Assembly: GCA_965645245.1 (NCBI GenBank)
Contig: OZ287069.1
Coordinates: forward strand, 2,604,001-2,668,000
Length of the DNA stretch: 64,000 nucleotides
Origin: Massalongia carnosa
Lineage: Eukaryota
Reading direction: 5' to 3'
Positions within the stretch are counted from its first letter, which is position 1; each line of letters starts with the position of its first letter. A program made the position numbers and the translations under genes. The notes beneath the pieces were generated by a model. It was given only the letters and a program-made list of their open reading frames with translations. It did not search any database and was not told where the DNA came from. Below, one piece after another: positions 48,872 to 62,355 of this stretch.

Positions 48872-50024
48872 TCAAAATCCACCGGCACCAGCACCAGCAC
48901 CAGCATCACGAAGCACCATCCCTCTCCTCGCGCCCCCTCCGCGCTCCACTCTCCCGCCGGGTCCCCAGACCTCCTCGTCATCCTCCGTTTCCTCATCATC
49001 ATCATCATCATCATCATATGCCTCCGACCCCGTCTTCCCCCATCCCCGTTCCTCCCCCTTCCCCTTCCCGGACACTTCACTCTCGAGCGCTTTATCCGTC
49101 CCCGTCTCATCGAGCTGGGTTTCCAAGTCTCCGTGTACGCCGCCATCGCTCTGCGTCGTGAGTTCCATGTCCTCGGACACAAAAAGTGGGCTCCGCGCCT
49201 GTGCGTCCTGGCCCCATTCCTCGTCGTCGATTTCGGCCTTAAGCGTGGCCTCAGCGCCGGCGCTAGTGTCGAGGGGACGGAGAGGCGCGGAGACAAGGGA
49301 GGAGGCGTTTTCGAGACGGTCGAGGTGTTCGGCTGCGTGGAGGAGAGCAAGGATACCGTCGTGGTCTGTGTAGATGATGGATGTGCTGCTGGAAGGGGGC
49401 AAAGTGGGTGCGGGGTTGGAGGTTCCCGGGGCTATTTTAGAGGCAGGGAGGTTGGAGGGGGTGTACGGAAGTGTGGATTGGGTGGTAATTTTGCTGCTCT
49501 GAGAAATGGTTACAAAGACGGGCGGTGGTGACGAACCGGCAAACGGAGACAGCTGGTGGCCGTATCAGCGGACGTTCAGAAAAGGATGAATGACGGTGGG
49601 AACATACCCTTTTCGCTGTAATTGAGTTTGGAGCCCGGAGCTGATATCTAGCAGGTCTCTGGATTCCTACTAGCGGTTCAGCTGGTACAGGCTGTTTGTT
49701 TTTTCCTACGCCTTTGGGATCTGCCCCATCATCTCTATTATCACCCGATAGTGCCAGTTTCATCCCCCTAACTCTTTTCTCCACCTTCACTTTAGGTCGC
49801 TGTTTCTTCCCAACCGCGATGCTCCCCCGAGGCACAAACCCTTTATCCCCTCCATTAAGCACATGATTGTCATCTCCACCCTTGCGCAGCCAACAAGGCG
49901 TGCAGCACTGCTGGCCGCAGTCCATGCATCGGTAGATAATAAGCGTATTGTGCTTGTTGCAGTTATCGCATTTTGCCGTGTGGATCTTAATTTCATCAAA
50001 TCGGTTGTGAATTTGGCGGGGCAT
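48872..50024 (-). CDS. Hypothetical protein with N-terminal Cys-rich zinc-binding motif and acidic disordered tail, 2 exons
   Basis: CDNC...CMDC...CCTPC...H. An intron GTATGT...CTGAT..CAG (~49608-49553) joins ORF 49437-50024 to ORF 48872-49402 in frame. Confidence 0.7.
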
Positions 50025-50881
50025 GGCGAAGAGTTTAGAAGATGATTTTCAACTAGCCTGACTTGGGCGCAAGGAGACAGGCAGGTAAAGGGAACAAGTG
50101 GAAAATACACGTTAAAAAAGGTATGGGAGAGATTGGGTGAAGATGTTCGAGCTTGAGGGACGGCGGCTCGACGGTGATGGCGGAGTCGATAGAAATAAGT
50201 TTTGAATAAAGGAAATGTTGGAAAGAGAAATAGGTGGGAGGTGTTTTGCAAAAGATAGCAGTTTATAGTGTCGGTATGCTGAGTTGAAGGAATATTTCCA
50301 AGGTAAGGTTGCCAGAAAGAGTAGTAATAATACATAGTCAGAGGAGTAGAAATATATGGAAGATAAATAGAGAGCTGAAACGTTGAGTAAAGGTACACTG
50401 AAAGCTCCAAGGTAAGAGGAATTTTGTTCACTTAAGGTGTGAATGTAGTTTCAAGCTTGAGATATCAATGTTTAAAGCGTCGTTCAACTATTCACCGAAT
50501 GAGAGGAATATAAGAGCTGTTGAATCAGAACAATTGAAGGTCTGATACTCGTTTTCCTACTTAAAAAGTTCCGAAGGAGCTCTCTGTCGTCGGGATGGGG
50601 ACACCTTTTGTCGTTAAATCCGCCTTGACTTCATCACTAAGGGCCCAAATGCTCTTTCGGACGATCTAGCATTGAGCTTTACACCTTGAATTAAAGCACT
50701 GCACTAAAGCGGTTTGATGCCTTCTATCCCTCCAAGAGAGTAAGCGCTAGGCGAGGTGAATGAACGAATTTTGGCTTCTATTATTGCCGTAAACACAATA
50801 CTGATCAAAAAAGGTCTCTCGAGCTAGAGGGACGATTCGTGTTAAAGCGACACATCAAGCAGATTAGATCTTTCTAAATTC

Positions 50882-52869
50882 TTAGTTCTGAGAGAAGTCT
50901 ATTTGTGCGTTGTATAATGCTAGATTAGGAACGACGTTAACACGTTTCGCCGTGGTAGACTCACCGATTCCTTCCACTGCTTCCGGCTTCACTCCCACAA
51001 CCTCTGCAGCCAGCTTCTTCTCCTTCCCTTGGCCTAGCTCTTCTTTCATCAAGGGAAAGGCTAACACCTCCTTGATACTATAGTGGTCCGTTAGAAACAT
51101 GACTAATCGATCAATCCCCATTCCCCATCCACCTGTTGGAGGCAAGCCATATTCTAAGCTCGTGCAGAAATCTTCGTCTACCATCTGCGCCTCATCGTCG
51201 CCTTGGTCTTTCTGCCTAGCTTGTTCTTCAAACCGTAAGCGCTGATCAAAAGGGTTGTTCAGCTCTGTGTAAGCGTTGACAATTTCTTTCTTGCAAACAA
51301 AAGCCTCAAAACGCTCACAAAGACCGGGGAGTTCGCGGTGGTATTTGGCAAGAGGCGACATCATTTGGGGATGGCCAGTGATGAATGTTGGATCGACACA
51401 TTTCTCTTCGATAAAGTCACCAACTAACTTGTCCAACATGCGAGCATTCGTTTGTGGAGGCGAGCAGTCCACATTCATTTTCTTGAGCATGCGCTTCAGA
51501 AACTCATTTGTATCGCTTGTATGGAGTTCTTCTCCAGGTGGGAACTTTTCCCCACAAGCATCTTCGAGGGCTGGTATCATTTCGATGCGCTTCCAAGGTT
51601 TGTCCCAGTTTACTTGATATTCTTCGCCAGTTTGCGTATGAAAGGTAGTTTGGTAGTCTCCAGTAATGCGCTTGACAAGACCCGAGACGAGTTCTTCAGT
51701 CATCTCCATGACGTCGTACACGTCGGCATAAGCCATGTAAAACTCGCACGTGGTAAATTCAGGATTGTGTGTCAAGTCAATCCCTTCGTTTCTGAATTGT
51801 CTGCCCAGCTCAAAGACACGCTCTAGGCCTCCCACCACAAGCATTTTGAGATATAACTCCGGTGCTACACGCATGAACAGATCCTTATTCAGGTCGTTAT
51901 GATGGGTTATAAAAGGCTTGGCTGTAGCTCCTCCAGCTATTGCGTTCATCATTGGGGTTTCCACTTCGATGAAATCCCGGTCTTCGAAAAATCGTCGGAT
52001 ATAAGAAACCATCTTAGATCTTGTGACAAAAACATTACGAGAATTATCGTTCATGATCAGATCCAAATACCTTTGTCGATATCGTTGCTCCTGGTCCTTA
52101 AAGCCATAATACTCGGAAGGGATTTGATGTAGGCACGGTGTCAGTAGAATTATCTGTCTAGCAAATATTGAAAGCTCTCCTTCTGACCGATTCCTTGGCG
52201 CTGTCCGACCGGGATAGCCTATTATGCCAATTATGTCTCCTCTTCGCAAATGTTCGTGCTGCTGCTCAAATGGAACAGATCCCGATGATTCTTGTAGTTG
52301 ACACATGACCTGGACCTTGACGCCCTCTGCCTTGATATCGTAGAATACGAGCTTCGTTCCAGAGCGCCGCTTGGTGTATATTCGACCGCCCACGCGTACT
52401 TCAATGGATTTATCGTGCTCTCCAGTCTTGATGGTTTCATGAGTTTTGAGGAATTCCCTCAAATCTGTATTAACATCGAATTTGTGAGGATACGGGTCTG
52501 GGCTCTTAGTATCGAGGAGTTTCTTAATCTGGCGACATCGTATCTCATAGTATTGCTAGAGGCTCGTGTTAACAGCGATCCTCTGGCTATGGTTTTCCCA
52601 GATGGATCAGAACCAACGGACATTCGGGGTCAGATTGCCCTCCTCCTCTTCGGCAGACACTAGCTTTTCTGTTTTAGCAGGAGTAGCAGCAGATTTTTCT
52701 TTCTTCTTTGCTTCAATGGCGCGTTGCTTCTGGCGCTTCTTTAGTTCTGTCTTGCTGTTGGAAAATAAGTTAAGACATATTTAGGCTGAGTTGCAAGAAC
52801 TTACCTGACCATATCACCAGAGACATGGTCTAGATGCAGCGAGGCCATCTGGTCAGATGCTTCAGCCAT
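50882..52869 (-). CDS. KRS1: Cytoplasmic lysyl-tRNA synthetase (class II)
   Basis: [44 protein letters not shown] and [17 protein letters not shown]. Short 5' exons start MAEASDQ. Confidence 0.96.
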
Positions 52870-53361
52870 ACTGATATAAAACTTTCGCTACTCGCTGGTT
52901 GATAGTGGATGCGTGCAACAAGATCTTTGAATAAAGTCAATGCGGAGGGGGACAAGAGTGCGATGCATCAGGTAAGTATTTGCCTAAGTAATTACGCGAT
53001 CTGATATACGGAACATCTTCTCAGTTCTTCTCTACTTACCCTAAACAAAATACTAGTAGTCGCTTAGAAAGTATCTGTCTATCCGTTACGATCTAAGTAT
53101 TAAGATGCATTGCTTCCAGACCTAGAAAAAATCCAACCTCAGGCACTACGACTCTTATCGTGCAGAATTTATTGAGGCAGAGTTGATCCCTCTCCAATAC
53201 TGTAGCACGGCTGGTTTCCTATTCTGGTCCATCATCCTAGTGCTTGAGATACATACAGCACACGGAATGTAAACAGGAACATGGAGCTTAATTCACACCT
53301 CCAACAATAAAGCCGCAATCTTTGACGCTGATCAGGAAACCTAGCAAATAACGATGCACAT

Positions 53362-56300
53362 TTACAGGGGGCCATTGCTAGGCATCTCATCACTAGGATA
53401 CCTCGTCAACCCTACCAACCGATCCCGCGCCTTCTCAAATTTTGCTTTCTCCTTTTTGAGTTGAAGTCTTCGCGCCTGATTCTCTGGATCTACTTCCAAT
53501 AGTATCACGCAACGTTCATTCGCTTGGAAACGATCAATAGTTATTTTGAAAGGGGGGTAGGCTCCGAGACTCACCTTCTGGCTTCTCAATGCCAATCTCT
53601 TCTTTGATTGCCCTGCCCATTTCATTGCGGCATTTAACAAAGAGTTCCCCTTTTATGCCTTGACATACCACGTCGACGAATCTGGAGAAGGCATATTCGT
53701 AATAGGCCCTAACGTTCTAGCAGTCTATTAGCGTGCCATTAAAACAAGGTCTCTCTAGATTTACTTACACTCATAAGCTCAACTTCCTGACTATAAGGGT
53801 CTGGTCCAAGTTGCGTATCGGTAACCTTGGCAAGGTTTTCCTCACAAAACTTGGCTAGCCGTTCTTTAGGCGGTGCGCCGTTGCCCTTACTGTTTCGTGA
53901 AAAATGTTTTGACAAATAAATCTTAGCTCGAAAGTTGCGACGAGCATCTTGCACCTCAATGCGAGAGCGATCGTTAATCAGTCCTAACGCCTCCTTGTTG
54001 AAAGCTGTCGGTCTGTGAAGCTCCAACTGCTGTGATCGTTTTGCAGCCTGACGCTGAGAGTTCATTGCATCCTTCAAGAACGATGCACATATCTCCACAA
54101 CTCGATCGTAAAATCGAGTCCGTCGCCAACGTCGGAACATATCACCGATTTGCTCCACAAGCATATTCTCACATAGCTTCTCCGTTTCATCTAGAAATCG
54201 ATCGAGAGGCTTCTCCCAAAACATTAGACTCAACTTAATCATTCGGTCAGTTGCTTTAGGGTCAATCTGGCCCGGCAAGCCAATATGAGCATCTTGAATG
54301 ATGCCCCGAATTTCATGCAGTTCGAAACGCACCGCGAAGGAGCGATCACGGGGAGGATTTCTTGCTACACTTCTGTCCGGGGTGCAAGAGGGTATGTCAG
54401 TCATCCGACGTTTCGAAGGAGTCTCTTCGGCTTCTTCAGCTACTCTCTTGGAAGGAGTAGACTGGAAAAGCTGTCTTTTTTCAGCCTGTGGAGTGCTAGC
54501 AGCGTCTGGAAGACACTCATCTTCTTCCCCTGAACTGACGGATATTGGCTCGACATGTTTTAGTCTCGAAGGTGTTGATGATCCGAAGAGATCACTTGAA
54601 CTCTGCATGTTTAGTATGGGTCGAGACTCGGCCATAACTTCCCGAAACCTTAATGCTATGTTATTCCAGTCTTTTTGGAATGGATATTCTGGGGAGCCTC
54701 CATCTAGATGGGCTTTGACACGATCTTCAAAGTCACGAATCCCCTCAACAATCATCACCAGCAGATTACCAGCAGGGGGCTCCGGTAATGTGTTTAGCTC
54801 GGCGTCAATAGCAGCAGCTTTCTGCTCGACCTGATCCGTAATCTTTGGTAGACTATTAAGATTTTGTTAGATCAACTCTCCGTGTCATCAGTAGGAACTG
54901 ACCTAGCTTTGATCTGAGCTGTGAGTTTGTGTGATAGAAAGGTCTGTAATTTCAAAGTTCCAAACTGATCACCGTACTGCCTGAGATCAGTAGCCCATGG
55001 CTCTTCAGTTTCAAAAAAATCGCACTCCTCTTTTCTAGCACTTGTATGATCAACAGCGGTATCGGGGTTATTCTTGATCACATGGTAGCCAAAGCCAAGC
55101 CTAAATCTTTCTCCGTTCAGTATCTGAACCCATTGCTCTAAGGATTCACCATGTTGAACACGGTCAGGTTTCGTGAGAACGCCAACCGTTCGGGCTTCTG
55201 CTTTGACCTTCCTGATCAAGTCTGATGCGGTGGAGTTTGCCGGATCGTCTGTCATCGTCAATGCGAGGAGATTGATGCAGCTTTCATCCTTGATGTACTC
55301 CTTAACCAGATTCTTAACCAAATCAACCAAGTATGCCTCTTCTTCAACCTCAGGGACACTGATGACTCCGGGCAGGTCGTAAAAATACATGTTTGGAAGG
55401 TGTGGACCAGAAATGTTAAGCCGCACAACATTTGGCGAAAACTTGACTTGAATCAGTTCGCTTGGGTCAGGCCCTCCGGGACGGTACCTTTGCCATGAGC
55501 TGCCGGGATTCAACGTGGCCAGCTGAGCCAACCTCAACGCAGCAGCGACATTGCTTTGTGACGATACAGTGGCGAAGTGGAAGTCTTCGACTTCTTGTAG
55601 CGCCCATGGGCCCAAGGGTCGCGCACGGGTCGCCCCTTCGGACCTTGCAAACGTGAGTTTGCTAGTCCTCATCCCTGCACCACCGCCAACAACTTGCGAT
55701 CCCTCATAGATGTATTTTTTGGATAGCCAGATTTCGCATTGCCATTTGACGCCCTCCGTAAGATTGATCTCCAGAGGACACTAACATGTCTAGTCAGCAA
55801 TCTGATTCATGATCGGAGTAGCATCTTCATACTCGGGTGCATGTTCCGCTACTACGTGGAACTTTGATCCCACTATTACTTTCAGTTAGCAAAACTTAGA
55901 GATTTTCAAAATAGTAGCCCCACCTCATTCCCTCAATCAATGAACTTTTACCAGTGCTTTGATCCCCTACAACAACTATCTTTGGCAATGGAAGTCCGAG
56001 ATCTTCGATACCCAGATGTCGTAAATCTTGTACCGTGTGCACAAGGGCTTTGACTCCCCTGCTCATCAATTCAAGACCGCTTTCTATGTTTGGATTTTGA
56101 TTTTGAATCGAGTTTCTCCGGCTATCTCTTATATCAACTGTTAATCATTAGAATTTAGCAGTGTTGGGAAGGTGGATCGATGAGCGGGAGATAGATGATA
56201 CAAGAAACGTAAGCCAAAGAGTAGAGCATACCTATTGATACATTAACTTGCCCACTCAACGAATCATGAAGTTGTTGGACGTCTCTCATCTCAATCTCGG

Positions 56301-56412
56301 GCGAAGCAATTGCTTGAGCAGAACTCTCTGAAGGGACGAGTATTTCTGGCATCTGATCATCTAAGATGACCTCAACACTAGCTTTTTCGCGCTTAATTGC
56401 TTTGCGGGCCAT
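53362..56412 (-). CDS. Dynamin-superfamily GTPase (Mx-like / atypical fungal dynamin-like protein), multi-exon
   Basis: LPKIVVVGDQSTGKSSLIE (G1), GTCTRCP (G2), DLPG (G3) and TKPD (G4). GED-like C-terminus LLEVDPE..ARR..LK.EK. Confidence 0.88.
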
Positions 56413-57727
56413 GCTGGTTGAAATAATGGTGAGTCTTCAAGGGGAAGCGAGTGGAGGTCGTGCTAGAAGCTTGGACGGCGGAACTTCAATGCTTAACAAA
56501 ATGCGATGATGATGAATTGGCCAGAGTACTCCCTTGGACCTTTAATGACACCAAAACTATCGAGCTTAAAGAGGATCAGTAGCGAGCAGAGAAAGAGATC
56601 TTAAGACACTATGAGTCCAATTGAGTTCTTTGGTCAAGCTAAGTGGTGGGAGTGAAAAGGGAAGGAGTAGAGCATAGTGGGTTTGGTGGTTTATGCCAAG
56701 CAAATAGAAAAGAATATACGGAGTGAGAAGTTTTGGTCCCAATACTCTTGAATTGGGTGACATTCTGGGTCCGAGTACGACTCCTTTATACAACTCGGTC
56801 ATTAACGCGTCTTCCCCATTTCCAGACCAGCTCCGCAATGGAGATCATTCTTCCTATCAGCACAAGTGCAACTGCAAGGCGCGTCTTTGCAGTCATGTTG
56901 GTGAAGCCCGTGCACAAGAGAGTCACCAATGGCAGTCTTGTTGAGGGACTCGGTGCTCATGATGTGAGAAGCTCGTCCTCCGTCCCAGGCCGTTACAATG
57001 AACAACAAGCGGTCCCGTAAGCGAGGGTGACTAAGCCTACCTTTGGTTGCACCTAAACTCCATCTTTCACTCTCCACATATGGGACATCTCATTGTCCAG
57101 AGCTGTATCAAGCTACGTAGCAATAATCCCTACATAGTGACGAAGGCTTGCAGCAGTGCATGAGATGAGACGTAACTAAAGCGTAAACCTGGTTTCTCAT
57201 TCTACGCAAAGACACAGAGCAGAACGGGCTTGATGAGCAGTTTCTCACCCTGAACAAACCCCTTGGCGTGGGCTTTTGTATTTGTCTACTTTTGAAGGGG
57301 GGTTTTGGATACAGTATGTAAGCAGAATCCGGTATGTAATCAAGCCTCATGCACAAGCAAAAAAAATCTCACACTACCAAATTCACTAACCTCAGCAATG
57401 CACATTACTCTCATGCTATATACTTATTCTATATGATTGCTCTTTTCAGCTATCGCTTGGACGCTTTCGTGCTTCAAGCCCCAACGTTGACGTAAAACGG
57501 AGGAACTTTAATGGCCCGAAATGGCTGTGCATTGATATGTTAACGGTTGCCCTTATGGAAGCCTTGCTGGAGCACGAAAAGTCCGGCGACGGAAGATCCT
57601 GAGGCTGCTGAGCGTAAAAGTTTCTTTACATAGCAGTTGCCCATTTACCTTGGTTCTGCCACAGGATGACGTCTGGACACCACACAGAAAAGACTTCGTG
57701 TGAGATTTCCGACCACAACCCTTTAGT

Positions 57728-59395
57728 TTAAAGTAGTCTACTCGATCCTTCGGAAGATAGAATCGAAATACTTCGAGAGTTAGTGCAGGGAAAAGCCGTA
57801 AAATAGCGTCTTTGGTGGTTGAGTGTAAAACCTGGCTTCAACCGTACCCTACTTAGATTGCTGGACGGAGGGGTTGAGCCCAATGCTCCAAGTCTTTGAG
57901 CTACTAATCGCGAAGCTCGTCCTGGAACCCAGGTTCTGCTACCCAGGATGATAATGGAGGAGAGTAATGCCAGACTTCCGGCTTGGTGGGCAGAGGCCAA
58001 CGGTAGTGGCACCATGTAAATCAGGGTACTGATACCCAATATAACCTGTAGGAAGACAAAACCTACAACCCCATGCACTCCCTTCCTGCAAGCGACTGGT
58101 AGTGCTTTATTCACCGTTGGCGATAGTTTGGTATATGCCCAAAGACTCATAACCGAAATAAAAGTTGTCGTTGCAAGAATTCGATGGTTCAATTGGACCA
58201 AGGACGGATTTTCAAGTGGATTTCGCCACCAAACATCACTCTTATCTGCGGTATGGGAGTAGAAGTCAGAGAAGAGCTCAGATCTTGCCGGCGTCAAACT
58301 AGAGCCCATGTAGGGAAATTCATTATAGATTAGCCCTGCGTCTAGACCAGCGACGAGTCCACCTGACATGGCGGTACAGAATACAAGAACCGCTAGTACA
58401 CCAACTGATCCTCGAAAGATTTTCAGCTCGCCCATTCTAAGCAGATCGAGGGTGCTCGCGGCCTTGGTAGGATCAGCCAAAAGCCTGTGGGCGCGCAAAA
58501 TAGATAACCCATTCCACAGCATTGCTGTATAGCACGCAAAAGCTGTACCAAGGTGGGCAGTAAGTCGGTATTGACTGACTCGTGGATGGCTTCCCGGGGC
58601 AAAGAGATCATCTTTCAATCCTGATTTGACCATCCACCACCCCAACACCCCCTGAAAACCTATCAAGCCTGCTATTCCAATGACTTTCGCTGCCATTGGC
58701 GCTGAGAGCTTTCGCCGTGCAATAAAATATGCAGCAGGGAGAACAAAGCTTATTCCTACGATACGTCCCCAGATCCTATGCGTCCACTCCATGTAGTATA
58801 TAGACTTAAAATCAGACAAACTCATATGTGGATTAAGAAGCTTTGCTTCTGGTGATGCTCTATACTTCGTGAATTCAGAGTCCCATGCTGCATCGTTGGT
58901 GGGAGGTAGAGAACCTGTCACAGGCTTCCATTCTGTGATACTTAGACTTTGTCAAATCAGCAAAAATAACACGTGGGGCCACGGTCGCACACACCCAGAT
59001 TCTGTAAGTCTCGTCAAGCCACCGAAAACCACGATTCCAAAGACGCTTACTGCACTCCCCAGAAGCCAGTAAGCCACAACTTTATGGCTAACTTCAGGGA
59101 AAAATCCTTCTTTTGCCTTGGTTGTAGGAGTTCTCCTGCTGATTTTCCTACTCAACGCAGAAAGCGGGGACTGTAGTTGAAGCTCACCCCCTACTGCAGC
59201 TGAACCTGCATTCAAAACACGGAAGGAGCTATACCGGAAAGTTCTCAAAGACGGCTTGATGGACGTTCTTTTGGAAAGGCTGAAGTGAGCTAAAGTAGGG
59301 GTATGTCGACAACTACATGTAATGTTGAAGAGCTCTCTGGTAATCCTTGGAGAAAAACCTTTCAGTTCAAGGTATTTAGAGAGGATTGAGGCCAT
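57728..59395 (-). CDS. COX15: Heme A synthase COX15, 2 exons
   Basis: [68 protein letters not shown], QLNHR and AHQ. Confidence 0.95.
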
Positions 59396-59823
59396 TAGAA
59401 CAGATCATATCTGGTGGCGTAAAGCTTTCAGGCAGTAGATGGTACACCTGCACGCGCGTGACAAAACTCGCTTGACAGGCGATTTTTACTAAAGATTTTT
59501 CCAATATCTTGCTTTGGAAAATTTTCTTAAATAACCACGCTTCAGTAAAAAATATCATAAGGTTAAAAACGAATGTCAAACAAGCTGAACTTACCAAATT
59601 ACAAGTTTGAAAAGCTTGTAAAATAATCTGATGTTTTTTATCAGACTGCAAACATAGTAAAGTTTGGTGTTCGGTGCACCTGCAGCTTGGCGGATCGTAA
59701 GCCGACGGTAGCCGACGGTAGCCAGCGAACCCTTGCTTTGACGTCCTAATCAACCTCAACTTCAAGAAACCAACGGTTTTTCTCTCACCTCCATGGAGGT
59801 CAGAAATTGGAGAAATTATAGAC

Positions 59824-61108
59824 ATGTGTTTGCTCTTTCAATCTTTCTATCGGAAAGCTCTATCTATACCGACTTCACCCCTCTCCTCTGTTCCTCAGCG
59901 GATCTACTCAACTCACCCTTCAATCGCCCGCCTAAACATCCCCATCGATTATTCCTCACATACCCTCCTACACCAAACCCCTTCTTCTCTGCAAAAATTT
60001 CTTTCCCTTTCGAAAAGCTCCCCAACGACCCGTCAAAATCTCTTCCAAGCTATCAATAGCGCTCTGACCCATGCGCTTCGATCCGACGAGCGCGTCCTTG
60101 TCTTCGGTGAGGATGTCGCGTTTGGGGGCGTTTTTCGCTGCAGTATGAACCTCGCCGCCGAGTTTGGAGCAGAGCGGGTATTTAACACGCCATTAAGCGA
60201 GCAAGGCATCGTGGGGTTTGCGATTGGATGCGCCGCGCAAGGGATGAAACCCGTGGCGGAAATCCAATTTGCGGATTATGTATATCCTGCCTTTGATCAA
60301 CTGGTGAATGAAGCTGCCAAGTGGAGGTATAGAGAAGGCAATACCGGAGGTAATGTGGGAGGGTTGGTGGTTCGGATGCCTTGCGGGGGCGTTGGACATG
60401 GCGCTTTGTACGTAGGTGTGCGAATCTATAAACCATATACCGAAGCTGATGTAAGAAATAAGATATCATTCTCAATCGCCCGAGTCTCTTTTTACGCATA
60501 TTCCAGGTTTACGAGTTGTCATGCCTCGCTCGCCCTCTCAGGGGAAGGGTTTGCTCCTGTCCGCCATTGCATGTCATGACCCTGTTATTTTCATGGAGCC
60601 AAAGATGTTATACCGGGCTGCAGTAGAGCACGTTCCTACGGAAGCGTACGAGATCCCACTCTCGCAAGCTGAAGTATTGAAAGAGGGAAAAGACGTCACG
60701 ATCATTTCTTACGGGCACCCTCTATACACATGCTCGTCAGCAATTGCCGCAGCAGAAAAGAAACTCGGTATTACGGCAGAGCTAATTGACCTCCGTACTC
60801 TTTACCCTTGGGATAGAGAGACAATATTGAGCAGTGTACAGAAGACAGGACGTGCCATAGTCGTACACGAGAGCATGGTCAACGCAGGCGTTGGCGCTGA
60901 AGTGGCAGCTACGATTCAAGAAGGAGCTTTTCTGCGGTTGGAGGCCCCGGTGCAACGAGTTGCAGGATGGAGTACGCATACTGGCTTGACATATGAACGA
61001 TTCAACCTTCCAGACGTTACTCGTAAGCCATTCTACAAGCACCATGCAGCCAAGCTAATGCTATACCCAGGAATTTATGATGCTATCAAACGCACGATTA
61101 CATATTGA
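59824..61108 (+). CDS. Branched-chain 2-oxoacid dehydrogenase E1 beta subunit
   Basis: [63 protein letters not shown] and FMEPKMLYR. Two introns. Confidence 0.94.
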
Positions 61109-61288
61109 GCGTGATGTTCCTTTCAAACTATATCAAAATAATGCCCGCCCTGCTTGTATCTTAGTTAAGGTAAACATTTATCTACCCTGGGTAGATATGT
61201 ACATAGTGGTAAGAATCCTTGACGACTTCCAGCATTTTCAACTTCTAGGAAGCTTACTACACACGCCTTTATATGGTTGGGTCTGATA

Positions 61289-61524
61289 AGGGGAATGATG
61301 AAGAAGAGTAAAGTCAAAGACTTCAACCAATAGGGTCTACTTCCATTATTTTAAGAACACTATATTAAAAGCGAACAAAGGCAAAACCTTACTATGACGC
61401 TTTATCTATCTGGGTATGTTTGGGTACCATGAGGGGAATTGTGAAGAGGAGTAGGGTCAAAGACTTCAGCCAATGGGACCTAGTTCCATCACTCCAAGAT
61501 CACCATAACAGAAGTGAACAGAGG
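61289..61524. repeat. Diverged ~95-bp direct repeat pair (period ~143)
   Basis: AGGGGAAT..TGAAGA.GAGTA..GTCAAAGACTTCA.CCAAT...TTCCAT...GAACA.AGG at ~61289-61381 and ~61432-61524. Confidence 0.75.
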
Positions 61525-62355
61525 TAGCTTCGGCACTAGTCTGTGGTTTCGAGGAATATGCCATCACTATCACCAAACCGAGACACCCAAAAAATGCCCA
61601 GCTCCGAGTCTAACCACTCTCTATTCCTTACTAGATAAGTCGAGACACTTCACACAATGCCCCTTTTAAAATCCTAGGCACCCTACTGGCTGCAGTGAAT
61701 GCTCTCATTCCGAAACTTGCTCATGACTCCGAGTTATCACCAAATTCACCATATCATAAGACTAGGCCAACACTAATTTATCCGCTCCTCGTCCACTACA
61801 AATATCCTTCTTTCCTCCCTTCATCTCTTCTTCTTCTTTCTTCCCTTCCAACCCACAAGAGTTTCTCGTATCCGTCACTTTCTAGTTTTTAAATCAGAAA
61901 GAAATCAAAGGATATTATCTCTCTTTTACCCATTCCCTATCAAACTAGCTTGCCATTCATTCTAAAAACCGTTTAGCTTTCTTGCTGTCGGCCTCTCAAG
62001 CTTGGTTGATCGCCTTCTTCGTCCAGATCCAAGGGTTCAACTCTCTAAAAATATTATACTCCCCTCATTTCTCACCTAAAGACTTGTGTGGTCTCGGCTA
62101 CTACCTCCTTTCGCACTTCTTACCTTCGGACACACCTTGAGCACATAATTACCTTGTCTTTGTCGCGTCCTTCATCCAAGAACGAGCTGTCGACCTTGAG
62201 CTATCGTTGATCCCCTTCTCCATCAGGATCTAAGTCTTTACCCGTCGCCATAGATACCTTGTGCTCTTTACCTCCTCCCCTATCTCTTCGAAATCGAAAA
62301 CCTTCACATTCGACCTCGATATTACCTCGCATCGCCTTCAGTCTACCTCATAAAC

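Noticed and set aside
48475..49017. (TATG)n, (GCTA)n and (CAT)n microsatellites
   Set aside because: Ordinary short repeats. The (CAT)n run encodes the poly-Asp tract of the minus-strand gene.
56566..57356. Cluster of 70-95 aa ORFs between the dynamin gene and COX15
   Set aside because: Overlapping on both strands with no recognisable motifs or consistent splice pattern.
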